From: Chiloscyllium plagiosum
Taxonomy: Eukaryota
Reading direction: 5' to 3'
Assembly: GCF_004010195.1 (NCBI RefSeq)
Contig: NC_057755.1
Span: 3,398,962-3,462,961, forward strand
Length of the DNA stretch: 64,000 nucleotides
Positions 1 through 11,590 of this stretch are shown one piece after another. A program made the position numbers and the translations under genes. The first letter of the stretch is position 1. Each line of letters starts with the position of its first letter. The notes under the pieces are model-generated. The model ran no database searches. It was not told the DNA's origin and was given only the letters and a program-made list of their open reading frames with translations.

Positions 1-771
1 CCGTGCTAAATTGTCTCGTAGTGTTCAGGGATGTGTAGGTTAGGGTGGATTGGCCGTGCTAAATTGTCTCGTAGTGTTCAGGGATGTGTAGGTTAGGGTG
101 GATTGGCCGTGCTAAATTGTCTCGTAGTGTTCAGGGATGTGTAGGTTAGGGTGGATTGGCCGTGCTAAATTGTCTCGTAGTGTTCAGGGATGTGTAGGTT
201 AGGGTGGATTGGCCGTGCTAAATTGTCTCGTAGTGTTCAGGGATGTGTAGGTTAGGGTGGATTGGCCGTGCTAAATTGTCCCATAGTGTTCAGGGCTGTG
301 TAGGTTAGGGTGGATTGGCCGTGCTAAATTGTCCCATAGTGTTCAGGGCTGTGTAGGTTAGGGTGGATTGGCCGTGCTAAATTGTCCCATAGTGTTCAGG
401 GCTGTGTAGGTTAGGGTGGATTGGCCGTGCTAAATTGTCCCATAGTGTTCAGGGCTGTGTAGGTTAGGGTGGATTGGCCGTGCTAAATTGTCCCATAGTG
501 TTCAGGGATGTGTAGGTTAGGGTGGATTGGCCGTGCTAAATTGTCCCATAGTGTTCAGGGATGTGTAGTGTAGGGTGGATTGGCCGTGCTAAATTGTCCC
601 ATAGTGTTCAGGGATGTGTAGGTTAGGGTGGATTGGCCCTGCTAAATTGTCTCACAGTGTTCAGGGATGTGTAGTGTAGGGTGGATTGGCCGTGCTAAAT
701 TGTCCCATAGTGTTCAGGGATGTGTAGGTTAGGGTGGATTGGCCCTGCTAAATTGTCTCACAGTGTTCAGG
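1..771 (+). repeat. 53-bp minisatellite (~14.5 units, runs off the window start) made of an internal HE1 SINE segment
   Basis: The unit ccgtgctaaattgtc(t/c)c(g/a)tagtgttcagggatgtgtaggttagggtggattgg repeats head-to-tail. It matches the 'gatgtgcaggtcaggtgaattggccatgcgaaattgcccgtagtgtt' part of the intact SINE at 35077-35397. Confidence 0.95.
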
Positions 772-908
772 TTAGCTGCATTATTCAGGGGTAAATTTGG
801 GATAGTAGGGTAATGGCTCAGGGTAGATTACTCCGGAGGGTCATTGTGCACTTGTGTAGGTTAGGGTGGATTGGCCGAAGGGCCTGTTTCCACACTGTAG
901 GGATTCTA
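772..908 (+). mobile_element. 3' end of HE1-type SINE following the array
   Basis: Ends in ggccgaagggcctgtttccacactgtagggattcta, the tail seen in the other SINE copies. Confidence 0.85.
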
Positions 909-1448
909 TAAAAGACATTTAGAAAAAACATGGTGATGAATAATTGATTCCCCAGCACAATCCCATGAGGGATACCTGTCTGTGAAACAGAAGACCTGTA
1001 CATTATTCCTGTGTAACAGGCTGGAGAAGGAGATCATGCAGCTCCATCCTGTTCCTATGTAACAGATTGGGGAAAGGGATGAATTGCCTCCTCTTGTTCC
1101 CATGTAGCAGGCTGGACAAATGGGCTTCCTTTTCCAAATGTGGGCAAAATGCAAAATCCAGAAAAATGAGGTTTTTTGAGAGCGTGGTGGGAATGTGGAA
1201 TTCACCCCTTGTGTTAAATGAGGCTAAAGTGGAGGGTGGTTGGATTCAGGCAGAGTAAGAAATGAAAGGAGGTCTCTGTGAAATGTTAGCACCCCACATC
1301 AGTACTGATACCAGGGAGACGGAACTGGACCATTGACACGGCTCTGCTGCTCTCTGAATGTTTCCTGTATAATGACAGGGATTGCTAACGTTTTCTCCAC
1401 TTTTGTCTGTTGCAGTCCATGTGAGCTTCCAGACAGACTGAACCAGCC

Positions 1449-1490
1449 ATGTCGTCGAAAGGTTTAAGTGGAGAGCTGAGTTCCTTAGGA
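1449..1490 (+). CDS. MS4A/CD20-family gene, first coding exon (exon 1416-1490), MSSKGLSGELSSLG
   Basis: Branch point CTAAC, pyrimidine tract and ttgcag acceptor ending at 1415. Start codon in gccATG context with an upstream in-frame TGA; donor GGA|gtaaga. Ends in LG in phase 0, fitting the MS4A pattern G-x-x-x-x-LG|xxQI. Confidence 0.75.
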
Positions 1491-1921
1491 GTAAGAGTCT
1501 ATTCTCTTCTGTTCAGTTATGTAAGATGTTCTGATGAATAGCATAAAATGTTTCTCTGACTTGAGGATTGTACTCCTCAAAGACCCTCCTGCAATGTCAA
1601 CTCCAACTTCATCCAAGCCATAATGCCTGATTCCTGCCTCATACCTAAATTCCAATCTCCTGTCACTTAGCAGCCTCACTATCTGGTCTTGCCCCCACCT
1701 GCATTCACATTAAAACTCCCATCCTGTTTATAAATGCTTGTTTTCCCATCTGCAACCAGCTCCGGCCATATCGGACAAGTTCTGAACGTTTTGGTTCTTA
1801 GGTTCTGACCTTTCCTCCCATCTATAAATCCCCTTCCTACTGCCAACAAACCCGTCCGAAACTCTCTTGGCCCTCTTTCGTAGGATTTTCTCTCTTCAGC
1901 CTCTGCCTTGCTAGTTATAGT

Positions 1922-2800
1922 TAAAAAAATCACACAACACCAGATTATAGGCCAACAGGTTTACTAGGAAGCACTAGCTTTCAGAGCACTGCTCCTTCAT
2001 CAGGTGGTTGTAGAGCAGGACCATACGACACAGAATTCATAGCAAAGATTACAGTGTCATGCAACTGAAACGATATATTGAACAAACCTGGATTGTTGTT
2101 AAGTCTTTTCATCTTTTAGAATGGGTTGCAGGTTTCAGTTCATTAATATGTAAATCTCAGAACTTCGTTTAAGTCACCTTCTCGAGATAACTTAAGGTTT
2201 TATAACAAAAGGTCACACCTCAGCTCAGACAATGTATTAAAGGTGTGGGCTGAGAGTCTGGCTGTATCCCAGTCTTGAGTTAGACTGGTTCTATTTCCAA
2301 AGTGGAATTTACAGAATGTGACATGGATTTACTGTCTGCATTGGCTGCCTGCAGATTGTGCATGTTTTGAGCAAAATAGAATGTATCGACAAATATAATT
2401 CTGCAAATGCAAATTCACCCCATAGACTTATGTGTGTTTGCGCGTGCATGAGAGAGAGTGAGAGTGCACATGAGTGTGTTTGGGTGTGTGAAAGCTTCGT
2501 AAAGTATATGTCTCGGTGTGATGGGAGTATAAGCCTATGAGAGGGTATGTGCGTGGGTGATGGGAGTATAAGCCTATGAGAGGGTATGTGCGTGGGTGTG
2601 AGTGTGAGGGTTGTATGTATGTGTGTATGAGTGAGAGAAGGTCTGCGTGAATGTGAGAGTATGTAAGAATGTGTGTGTATGTGTGCATTTGTGTATATGA
2701 GAGAGAGAGAGACAGAGAGTGTGTATAGTGTAGTGGGGTCACCTGTAGTGTGACATGAACCCAAGGTCCCAGTTGTGGCCATCCTCATAGGTACCGAACA
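1922..2800 (-). mobile_element. Penelope-like element 3' part (end of GIY-YIG ORF, CA/CT-rich UTR, pLTR with hammerhead motif)
   Basis: The minus strand near 2800-2740 reads FGTYEDGHNWDLGFMSHYR, resembling the Penelope C-terminus. The terminus aaaatcacacaacacca...gctccttcatcagg is shared with 15230-15359 and 57155-57410. Confidence 0.75.
1972..2006 (-). ncRNA. Minimal hammerhead ribozyme motif (Penelope type); first stem II pair is G-U
   Basis: Minus strand: cac CUGAUGA a GGAGC agu GCUCU GAAAGCUA gug. Confidence 0.6.
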
Positions 2801-2813
2801 TGTCTACCCAGGG

Positions 2814-3185
2814 GGATGGCCTCAACTGGGACCTGGGGTTCATGTCACACGACAGATGATCCCACTACACTATTTTCTCTCTCTCTCTTTCTCTCTCTCT
2901 TTCCCGCTCTCTCTCTTTCTCTCTTTCCCTATCTCTCTCTCTCTCTCATGTACTCACACACTCACGCAGACCCTCTCTCATACACACTCTCTCTCATATA
3001 CACATACATACAATCCCCACACTCACCCACGCACACACCATCTCACAGGCTTATACTCCATTACACCCACACACACAGACACACATTACCAAACTTTTAC
3101 ACATGCAAACACGCTCTCTTATGTGCACTCACGCTCACACACACTTTCTCTCTCTCTATCGCTTTCATGCAAACACACATAAGTC
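2814..3185 (+). mobile_element. Inverted second copy of the Penelope 3' segment (inverted repeat of 2425-2784)
   Basis: ggatggcctcaactgggacctggggttcatgtca is the near reverse complement of 2751-2784. gcaaacacacataagtc at its end is the reverse complement of 2425-2441. Confidence 0.85.
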
Positions 3186-3425
3186 GTGAGTGTGTGTGTG
3201 AGAGAGAGAGAGTGTGAGAGAGTGTGTGTGTGAGAGTGTGTGTGTGTGTGTGAGAGAGAGTGTGTGTGTGAGAGTGAGAGTGTGTGTGTGAGAGAGAGTG
3301 TGAGTGTGTGAGAGTCTGTGTGTGTGAGAGAGTGTGAGTGTGTGTGAGAGAGAGAGAGTGTGAGAGTGAGTGTGTGTGTGTTGTGAGTGTGGGTGTGAGA
3401 GAGAGAGAGAGTGTGAGTGTGCGCG
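3186..3425. repeat. Compound (GT)n/(GA)n microsatellite
   Basis: Seen directly in the sequence. Confidence 0.95.
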
Positions 3426-4346
3426 TGCACATGTGTTGGGAACGGGAGCAAGAGATCAGGAGCTTGATGGGACACGGCTGCGGTGTTAAGTAAATAGTAT
3501 GTGAGGCAGCAGAGTGTGTGCGTGCAGGGCTGTGGCAATTACCCTGACAGAGTGGAAAAGTTCTTTGACCTTCCTGTACTGCTGGCCACTCCTCTGCACA
3601 GAGCTGGGTAAGCAAGCTTGGACCAGGCTGTCAGTGCCCTGTTGGCATGGCCTCCTCTGCCAGTTCTCTATGCCACCAGGACATCAGGTCCCTGTCGGAG
3701 TATTGTGATGCCATCTTCAGAATGACTGTGCGTCACCATGCAGTGCAGCGTCAGAGTGCCAGAGCTCATCCAGGTGCTTTGTCCTACTGCACATACAGCA
3801 GCGATGGTGGTCGTTTGACCAAGTGGGATGGCACGTAGTAAGCTGGGGCGAGAATCAGACCAAAGGGGGTGTCATAGGTGAACCCCAACATGGGCCAGGC
3901 ATCACTGACTTTCACCCGTACCGAGGTCCCTGCAGCAGAAACAAGAGTTAGGGGAAATGGAGGCTGTTGGCATGGGATAGATATCAATGAGGTGGGTTCA
4001 GCATTGTATATCGACAGAACTCTAGGTCTCACTGTGAGAAACCTTTCAAAAAGCCAATGCAACTGACCAAATCACAGCAAAACATTCAGCCACGTGTTTT
4101 GAGCCAAAGACACCCTTATCTGGAAAAAATAATATCTCATGAGCAATGTGCGCCCACACATGGTCAAAATGTTCATTTATGAACCTGAACTCTGCAGATC
4201 ATGCTTTGGTTTTTTGATTGTAACCCTCTTGTTTACATCTTCTTGCAAATGGCCCCCTCCCTCCAGAAGGCTCAGTGTACAAAGTAACATTGCTGTTTTC
4301 TGCTGCTGTGGCTGACAATTAATTTTATAAACATCTCTGATCACAG

Positions 4347-4460
4347 GTCACGCAGATAATGCTCGGAGTTATCCAAGTAACATTTGGAGTTCCCTTCTTC
4401 TTTGCGACAAGTAATACCTTTGGATCAAACATCGCCACGCCCTTTTGGACGGGGATATGG
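4347..4460 (+). CDS. MS4A-family exon, TM1 and start of TM2: VTQIMLGVIQVTFGVPFFFATSNTFGSNIATPFWTGIW
   Basis: tcacag acceptor, TGG|gtttgt donor, 114 nt, phase 0-0. Carries the QIMLG and PFWxG signatures of the CD20-like family. Confidence 0.9.
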
Positions 4461-5689
4461 GTTTGTTGATAGTTTTGCGGTTAGTGATGTTTCTAGGGTA
4501 GAACTCTCGAATCTTTTCTCTCCTTGTGCATTGGCATGGTCGGAGGGGGAGGGGGAGGGGGTGCTTTGGAACAGAGAGGACCTTTGGGAAACGCTTACAT
4601 GAGAAAGGGGTCCGACAGCGCAACGATGGGGAAACTAAGGCAAGGAGAGACGTGGTGTGGGCGTCAATACAAGATCCCTGTCACTGCCCTCCCACACTGG
4701 AACAGGAAGTTGGTGCTGCTAATTACACTGTTCTGGACTGGTCCATACTGTCTCCAGGATACTCACTGGACATGGCACTCACCACCCCCTCACCCACCAG
4801 TGACACCTAAAAGCTGGCATTGAGTTAAAAATCCCTGCCAAGTGAGATGGTGATCGAGACGAGAAAGGTGACCAAAACAGCTTGTAAGAAACGAGATTGT
4901 GACTGACACTGCGATTGTCTGTGGGGTGAGAGCTCCATCTGCAGTTTGGCACGTGCTTGTCGAGAGTTAGAAATTCCACTGAAGAGAATCTGAGGTGTTA
5001 AACGTGGTCTCAGTGATCGTGTCCACAGTAACTGGCACCAACTGTCCGAAACTTGCATCGCCCAGTGTGGCCAGCATGTGTCCACAGACCTGCAGTGACA
5101 CGGCACACTCTTAATTCACCACTGAAATAACCGAGTGAAGCCCTCAGTTCAAGGGTCAGTTAGGGAGCAGACTTACCGACGATGCCCCCCCCACCCCCAT
5201 CCCAACAAGGCGTAATGGAAAAGAAACTCAGCCATACAAGATAGACACTGATAAATCCATGAGAAAATACAAAAGAAACTTCAGGGACTAATAAGAACGT
5301 GGAGTTTGAAGCCACATTCAAAACATCATCATGAGAGAAACATGTTGTCCAGCCCATGTGGGTCCATGCCAATATCTTCTACAGACCAGCCTCCTCTCTT
5401 ATCCATCTTTATGGGAGTCTGTGGCAGTGGGTGAAATGGTAACTCATCCAGGATGGAGCCCCGGGCCAGCAGATGGTGACGATGATGATAAGAGGCAGCA
5501 AGTGCACAGGGAGGGAACGTCCAAAGGGAATTTAAGGCGAGATTCTTATCTATTTGTGAAATAATAAACTACGTGGTACAATGGAGCAAAGGGATTTGGA
5601 AATATAAGTACATAAGTCAATGAAAGGACCAAGGGAATTTGGTTACTGGGTGGAAAAATTGAAAAGTTGAGAAATGGCAGTTAGCTTTG

Positions 5690-8600
5690 CAGAACCAGAA
5701 GATGGGGAGGCCCTGTTAATAAAGGACGCGATCCGTACTGATCCAGAAGGTGTGGGGCCCTGTTAATAAAGGGCGCGATCCGTACTGAACCAGAAGGTGG
5801 GGGGGCCCTGTGAATAAAGGACTCGATCTGTACTGAACCTGAAGGTGGGGGGGCCCTGTGAATAAAGGACTCGATCTGTACTGAAAAGGACGTGATCCGT
5901 ACTGAACCGGAAGGTGGGGGGCCCTGTTAATAAAGGACGTGATCCGTATACAACCAGTAGGTGGTGGGGCCCTGTTAATATAGGACGCGATCCGTATAGA
6001 ACCAATAGGTGCGGGGGCCCTGTTAATAACGGACACGATCCGTATAGAACCAATAGGTGGGGGGGCCCTGTTAATAAAGGACACGATCCGTACTGAACCA
6101 GAAGGTGGGGGGCCCTGTTAATAAAAGACACGATCCGTACTGAACCAGAAGGTGGTGGGCCCTGATAATAAAGGACGCGATCCGTACTGAACCAGAAGGT
6201 GGGGAGGCCCTGTGAATAAAGGACGCGATCCGTATAGAACCAGTAGGTGGGGGGGCCCTGTTAATAAAGGACGCGATCCGTCCTGAAACAGAAGGTGGGG
6301 GGCCCTGTTAATAAAGGATGCCTTCCGTACTGAACCAATAGGTGGGGAGACCCTGTTAATAAAGGACACGATCAGTACAGAACCAGAAGGTGGGGAGGCC
6401 CTGTTAATAAAGAACGTGATCCGTACTGAACCAGAAGGTGGGGGGGAGGCCTGTTAATAAAGGACGCGATCCGTACAGAACCAGAAGGTGTAGGGGGGGC
6501 CTGTTAATAAAGGACACGATCCATATAGAACCAGAAGTTGGGGGGCCGCTGTTAATAACGGACCCGATCCATACAGAACTAGTAAGTGGGGGGGCCCTGT
6601 TAATAAATGACGCGATCGGTACAGAACCAGAAGGTGGGGGTGCCCTGTTAATAAAGGACGCGATTGGTAGAGAACCAGTAGTTGGGGTGTGGCCGGTTAA
6701 TAAAGGACGCGATCCGTACTGAATCAGAAGGTGGGGGGGCCCTGTTAATAAAGGACGCGATCGGTACAGAATCAGTAGGTGGGGGGGCCCTGTTAATAAA
6801 GGACGCGATCGGTACAGAACCAGAAGCTGTGGGGGGGTCCTGTTAGTAAAGGACACGATCCGTACTGAACAAGATGGTGGGGGGCCCTGTTAATAAAGAA
6901 CACGATCCGTACTGAACCAGAAAGTGGGGGCGCCCTGTTAATAAAGGACACGATCCGTACTGAACCAGAAGGTGGGGGGGCCCTGTGAATAAAGGACTCG
7001 ATCCGTACTGAACCAGAAGGTGAGGGGGCCCTGTTAATAAAGGACGCGATCCATACTGAACCAATAGGTGTGGGGGCCCTATTAAGAAAGGATGCGATCG
7101 GTACTAAACCAGAAGGTGGGGGGGCCCTGTTAATAAAAGACGCGATCCATACTGAACCAGAAGGTCGGGGGGCCCTGTGAATAAAGGACGCGATCCGTAC
7201 AGAACCAGATGATGGGGAGGCCCTGTTAATAAAGGACTCAATCCGTACTGAACCAGAAGGTGGGGGGGCCCTATTAATAAAGGACGTGATCCGTACTGAA
7301 CCAGAAGGTGGGAGGCCCTGTGAATAAAGGATGCGATCCGCACAAAACCAGATGGTGGGGGAGCCCTGTTAATAAAGGACACGATCCGTACTGAACAAGA
7401 TGGTGGGGAGGCCCTGTTAATAAAGGACGCGATCCGTACTGAACCAGAAGGAGGGGTAGCCCTGTTAATAAAGGACACGATCCGTACTGAACAAGATGGT
7501 GGGGAGGCCCTGTTAATAAAGGACGCGATCCNNNNNNNNNNNNNNNNNNNNNNNNNNNNNNNNNNNNNNNNNNNNNNNNNNNNNNNNNNNNNNNNNNNNN
7601 NNNNNNNNNNNNNNNNNNNNNNNNNNNNNNNNNNNNTTCCGTACAGAACCAGATGGTGGGGAGGCCCTGTTAATAAAGAACACGAACCGTACTGAACCAG
7701 AAGGTGGGGGGGGCCCTATTAATAAAGGACGTGATCCGTACAGAACCAGATGGTGGGGAGGCCCTGTTAATAAAGGACACGATCCGTACTGAACCAGACG
7801 GTGGGGGCCCTATTAATAAAGGACGCGATCCGTACAGAACCAGAAGGTGGGGGTGCCCTGTTAATAAAGGACGCGATCAGTACAGAACCAGAAGGTGGGG
7901 AGGCCCTGTTAATAAAGGACAGGATCCATACTGAACCAGAAGGTGAGGGCCCTATTAATAAAGGACGCGATCCGTACAGAACCAGAAGTTGGGGGGGCCC
8001 TGTTAATAAAGGACGCGATCCGTATAGAACCAGAAGGTGGGGGTGCCCTGTTAATAAAGGACGCGATCGGTAGAGAACCAGTAGTTGGGGTGTGGCCGGT
8101 TAATAAAGGACGCGATCCGTACTGAACCAGTAGGTGGGGGGGCCCTGTTAATAAAGGACACGATCTGTACTGAACCAGAAGTTGGGGGGCCGCTGTTAAT
8201 AACGGACCCGATCCATACTGAACCAGAAGGTGGGGGGGGCCCTGTTAATAAAGGACGTGATCCGTATAGAACCAGATGATCCTTACAGAACCAGAAGGTG
8301 GGGGGGGCCCTGTTAATAAAGGACGTGATCCTTACAGAACCAGAAGGTGGGGGGGGCCCTGTTAATAAAGGACGTGATCCTTACAGAACCAGAAGGTGGG
8401 GGGGGCCCTGTTAATAAAGGACGTGATCCTTACCAGAACCAGAAGGTGGGGGGGCCCTGTTAATAAAGGACGTGATCCTTACAGAACCAGAAGGTGGGGG
8501 GGGCCCTGTTAATAAAGGACGTGATCCTTACAGAACCAGAAGGTGGGGGGGGCCCTGTTAATAAAGGACGTGATCCTTACTGAATCAGAAGGTGGGGGGC

Positions 8601-8818
8601 CCTGTTAATAAAGGACGTGATCTGTACTGAACCAGAAGGTGGGGGGCCCTGTTAATAAAGGACGTGATCCGTACTGAACCAGAAGGTGGGGGGCCCTGTT
8701 AATAAAGGACGTGATCCGTACTGAACCAGAAGATGTGGGGCCCTGTTAATAAAGGACGCGATCCGTACTGAACCATAAGTGGAGGAGGCCCTGTTAATAA
8801 AGGACGCGATCCGTACAG
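5690..8818 (+). repeat. ~47-48 bp G-rich minisatellite, roughly 65 units, with a 105-N gap at 7532-7636
   Basis: Unit gaaccagaaggtg(g)nccctgttaataaaggacgcgatccgtact; length varies with the G-run. Confidence 0.97.
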
Positions 8819-9370
8819 CAATGAGAAATGATCTTGACTTAGAAGGTCATGGTAAATAAGGAGCAGAAATGATAAATGGAAGAAATTTATGGCAGTGTTC
8901 TACAGCCCCATGACCGTAGCTGTAAGACAGGGTGTAAATCCAAGAGTAATGGCAGAAAGAGATTGCAATACAGCGGCAATTTTAATCTTCATTACAGATT
9001 GGGCAACGATAGCCTTGAAGCTGAGTTTATAGATTGCATCTAACCAGTTACCTGGAACAATATCGTTTGGAACTGACCAGAAAACTGGCTGTTTGAGAGC
9101 TGGTCAAGTGAAGTGAGTTAAGATTAGTTAAGATTAGTCTCATAGTAAAGGAGCCGAGGCAAGAAAGATTATAACGTGATAGAATTGCACATTCAGTTTG
9201 CAGGTGAGAAACTTGGGTCTAAAACTAGCATCTTAAACTTTTCTAAAAACAGTTAGAGGAATATGAAGACAGGATTGGCTACACAGTGGACTAGGAATAA
9301 GGAACGTGCATTGGCAGAAATTTAAGGAGATATTTGTAAGTCACAACAAAGATTTCACTGGAAAAAAATT
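8780..9370 (+). mobile_element. Decayed CR1 LINE ORF2, apurinic endonuclease region, continuous with the last minisatellite unit
   Basis: Frameshifted remnants of ALLIKD...MRNDL, MAVFYSP, GNFNLH, LEAEFIDCI, LEQY, YNVIELHIQFAGEKLGSKTSILN. Confidence 0.8.
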
Positions 9371-10206
9371 ATTTTCAAGGAAAGACAACAGTAGACTGCA
9401 AGAGCTTCTGCAGTTAGTTGGAAAGGAACAGAATAACTGAAACAAAACTTGGTACTTTTGATGATAAGGCTAGAGAGATAATAACGGACAAGAAAGGGAG
9501 TGTAATGGTAGTGTTGTTGCACGATTACTCCAGAACTGTAGGTGGCGTATGGGTTCAAAACCAATGGCAGCATTCAATAAAGCCTTCAATTAAAAGTTCA
9601 CTTAATACCAATCATCTAACCACTGGAGATTGTTGTAACATCTCATTGGGTTCACGAATGCTCTTTCGGGATAGAAACATGCCATCTTTACCTGGTTTGC
9701 TCTATCTGTGATTTCAGACCTACAACAATAATTGAACATTAACTGCCCTCTGAAGTGGCCGCAGAGTACATTCAGTTCCATCATAAACTTAAATGGAATC
9801 TAAAGAAAGGAAATCAACTGGATGACCATGTGGCATCGGCCTAGGCACCCCCAACAACAATGGCAAACACAGTCCTGTCGACTCTGTAAAAGTCCTCAAT
9901 ACCAACATCTGGGGGCTTGTGCCCAAGTTGAGAGAGCTGACCCACAATGTAGCCAAGTAGCAGTCTGGGGCACTCTCTCTCTCTCTCTCTCTCTCTCTCG
10001 CTCTCGCTCTCTCGCTCCCTCCCTCTTGTATGTGCACAGAAGTAGGTCAAATCCAACCACCCAACTACTGATGTTGGGGAAACTTCTTCAAACAGAGGGT
10101 GATGTGCCTACGGAACAAGCTACCAGAGGGTGGTGGAGGTTGGTACAATTACATTTAAAAGGCATCTGGATGGTATCTGAATATGAAGGGCTGAGAGGGA
10201 TTTGCT

Positions 10207-10330
10207 AGGTTGATGAAGGGCTCCTGCCCAAAACGTCAATTTTCCTGCTCCTCGGATGCTGCCAGACCTGCTGTGCTTTTCCAGCACCACTCTAATCTAG
10301 CCACTAATCTGCAGGCCTCACTTTCGCCTT
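10207..10330 (+). mobile_element. Short Penelope-terminus insertion with a mutated hammerhead core, inside a CR1 3' remnant
   Basis: tgatgaagggctcctgcccaaaacgtc... flanked by agagggat(t/a)tgct at 10194-10206 and 10331-10343 (13-bp TSD, 1 mismatch). Confidence 0.75.
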
Positions 10331-11590
10331 AGAGGGATATGCTGGCCAATAGGACTAGCTCAGCTTCGGCGATATCATCAGCAAAATGATGGACGGGATT
10401 GTTAACAGTGCTCTCCCATGGCACTTCCAAAGGCAAAACCTGCTCACTAATGCCGAGTTCCAACTCCACTCAGCTTGAACCTTTGTTTAAATGTGGACAG
10501 AAGACTCAGGGGGAGTGGTGAGAGTGACAGCAATTGATATCGAGGCCACAGTTAGGAGTTTGGCATCAAAGAGCCCAAACCAGACTGGAGGTAACGGTAA
10601 CCAGGGGAGCCTCTCTGCTGGATGGAGTCCTACCAGCTCAAAGGAAGATGGTTTCCGTTGTTGGACAGCAATCACCTCAGCTCCAGAAATTCCTTAGGGT
10701 GGTTATTTTCTTATCAACTTCTTCAAAGGGGTTCTGACACCCCTCTGGAGCAGGTAGGACTTGAACATAGCTAACTGCACTCCACCCTCCCCGGTGTATC
10801 TGTTAGCTCGGTTGGCTGGATGACTGACGTGTAACGTAGATCGATACCAGTCTGTGTGGGTTCAATCCTTGCACTGGCTCAGCTTACGGTGATGTTTCCA
10901 GCTCGTACCGATCTGATCTTTCCCATGTCTGAAAATAATGACATGGCAGACGGCATATCAGACCTCTGTAAGAGAGTTCTGACAAAGTAGATAGGCAGAG
11001 GGTGTTTCCTGTTCGAGGGAGAAACAAAAGCAGAGGACGTCAACACTGGATAATCACCAAAAAAAAACAGTTTGGGAGAATTAGAGAGAAACGCTTTTCC
11101 CCAGAGAGTGGGGAGAAAGGGGAACTCACACTGATCGGGAGGGGTTGATGTGTTTGAGGGGAAACCAGATAAACACACAAGGGTGAAAGCAATATGTCGA
11201 GAGAGAGGAGGGAGGATGGGAGATAGGCTCAGTGGTGAGATAACAGTGCCAGGCTGTACTGTCGGTGTAATTCTCTGGTCACTGGCTGGTGGACTGTGAG
11301 GAATGGGCTCCTCTGAGGGTGACTGACCTCATGGTACAGAAGGTCTCACAGACAGTGCGCTGTAACCCCAGGGGCCTCTTCCTGATGTCACAGTGCATCT
11401 ACGTGGGTATCTGCCCCTCTTTGACACTTCAAATGGTTAGAGAATCCTGGGCAAACCTCCATTTCAATTGGGTGTTGCAATCACTGAGATTGTATGAATT
11501 AGTGAGTGAGTGCGACAGGCCTGTGATATATTATGAATAAACTAATACAGCACATGTTTCTAACAGCCTGATATGCCACCTGCCTGTGAA

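Noticed and set aside
1..771. Telomeric repeat or CRISPR array
   Set aside because: TTAGGG occurs only once per 53-bp SINE-derived unit, and there are no spacers.
3528..3607. Possible extra MS4A exon (cag...G|gtaagc)
   Set aside because: 80 nt would shift the frame, there is no pyrimidine tract, and there is no family similarity.
2309..3615. His/Thr/Ser/Leu-rich ORFs of 100-170 aa (also 31248-31637, 35652-35965, 44023-44340)
   Set aside because: Translations of CA/CT/GT microsatellites, which lack stop codons.
5690..8818. CRISPR-like array or repeat-protein gene (ORFs GGALLIKDAIRTEP / LLTGPPHLLVQYGS)
   Set aside because: Units are contiguous with no unique spacers, there are no cas genes, and the context is vertebrate. 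Variable G-runs shift the frame constantly.
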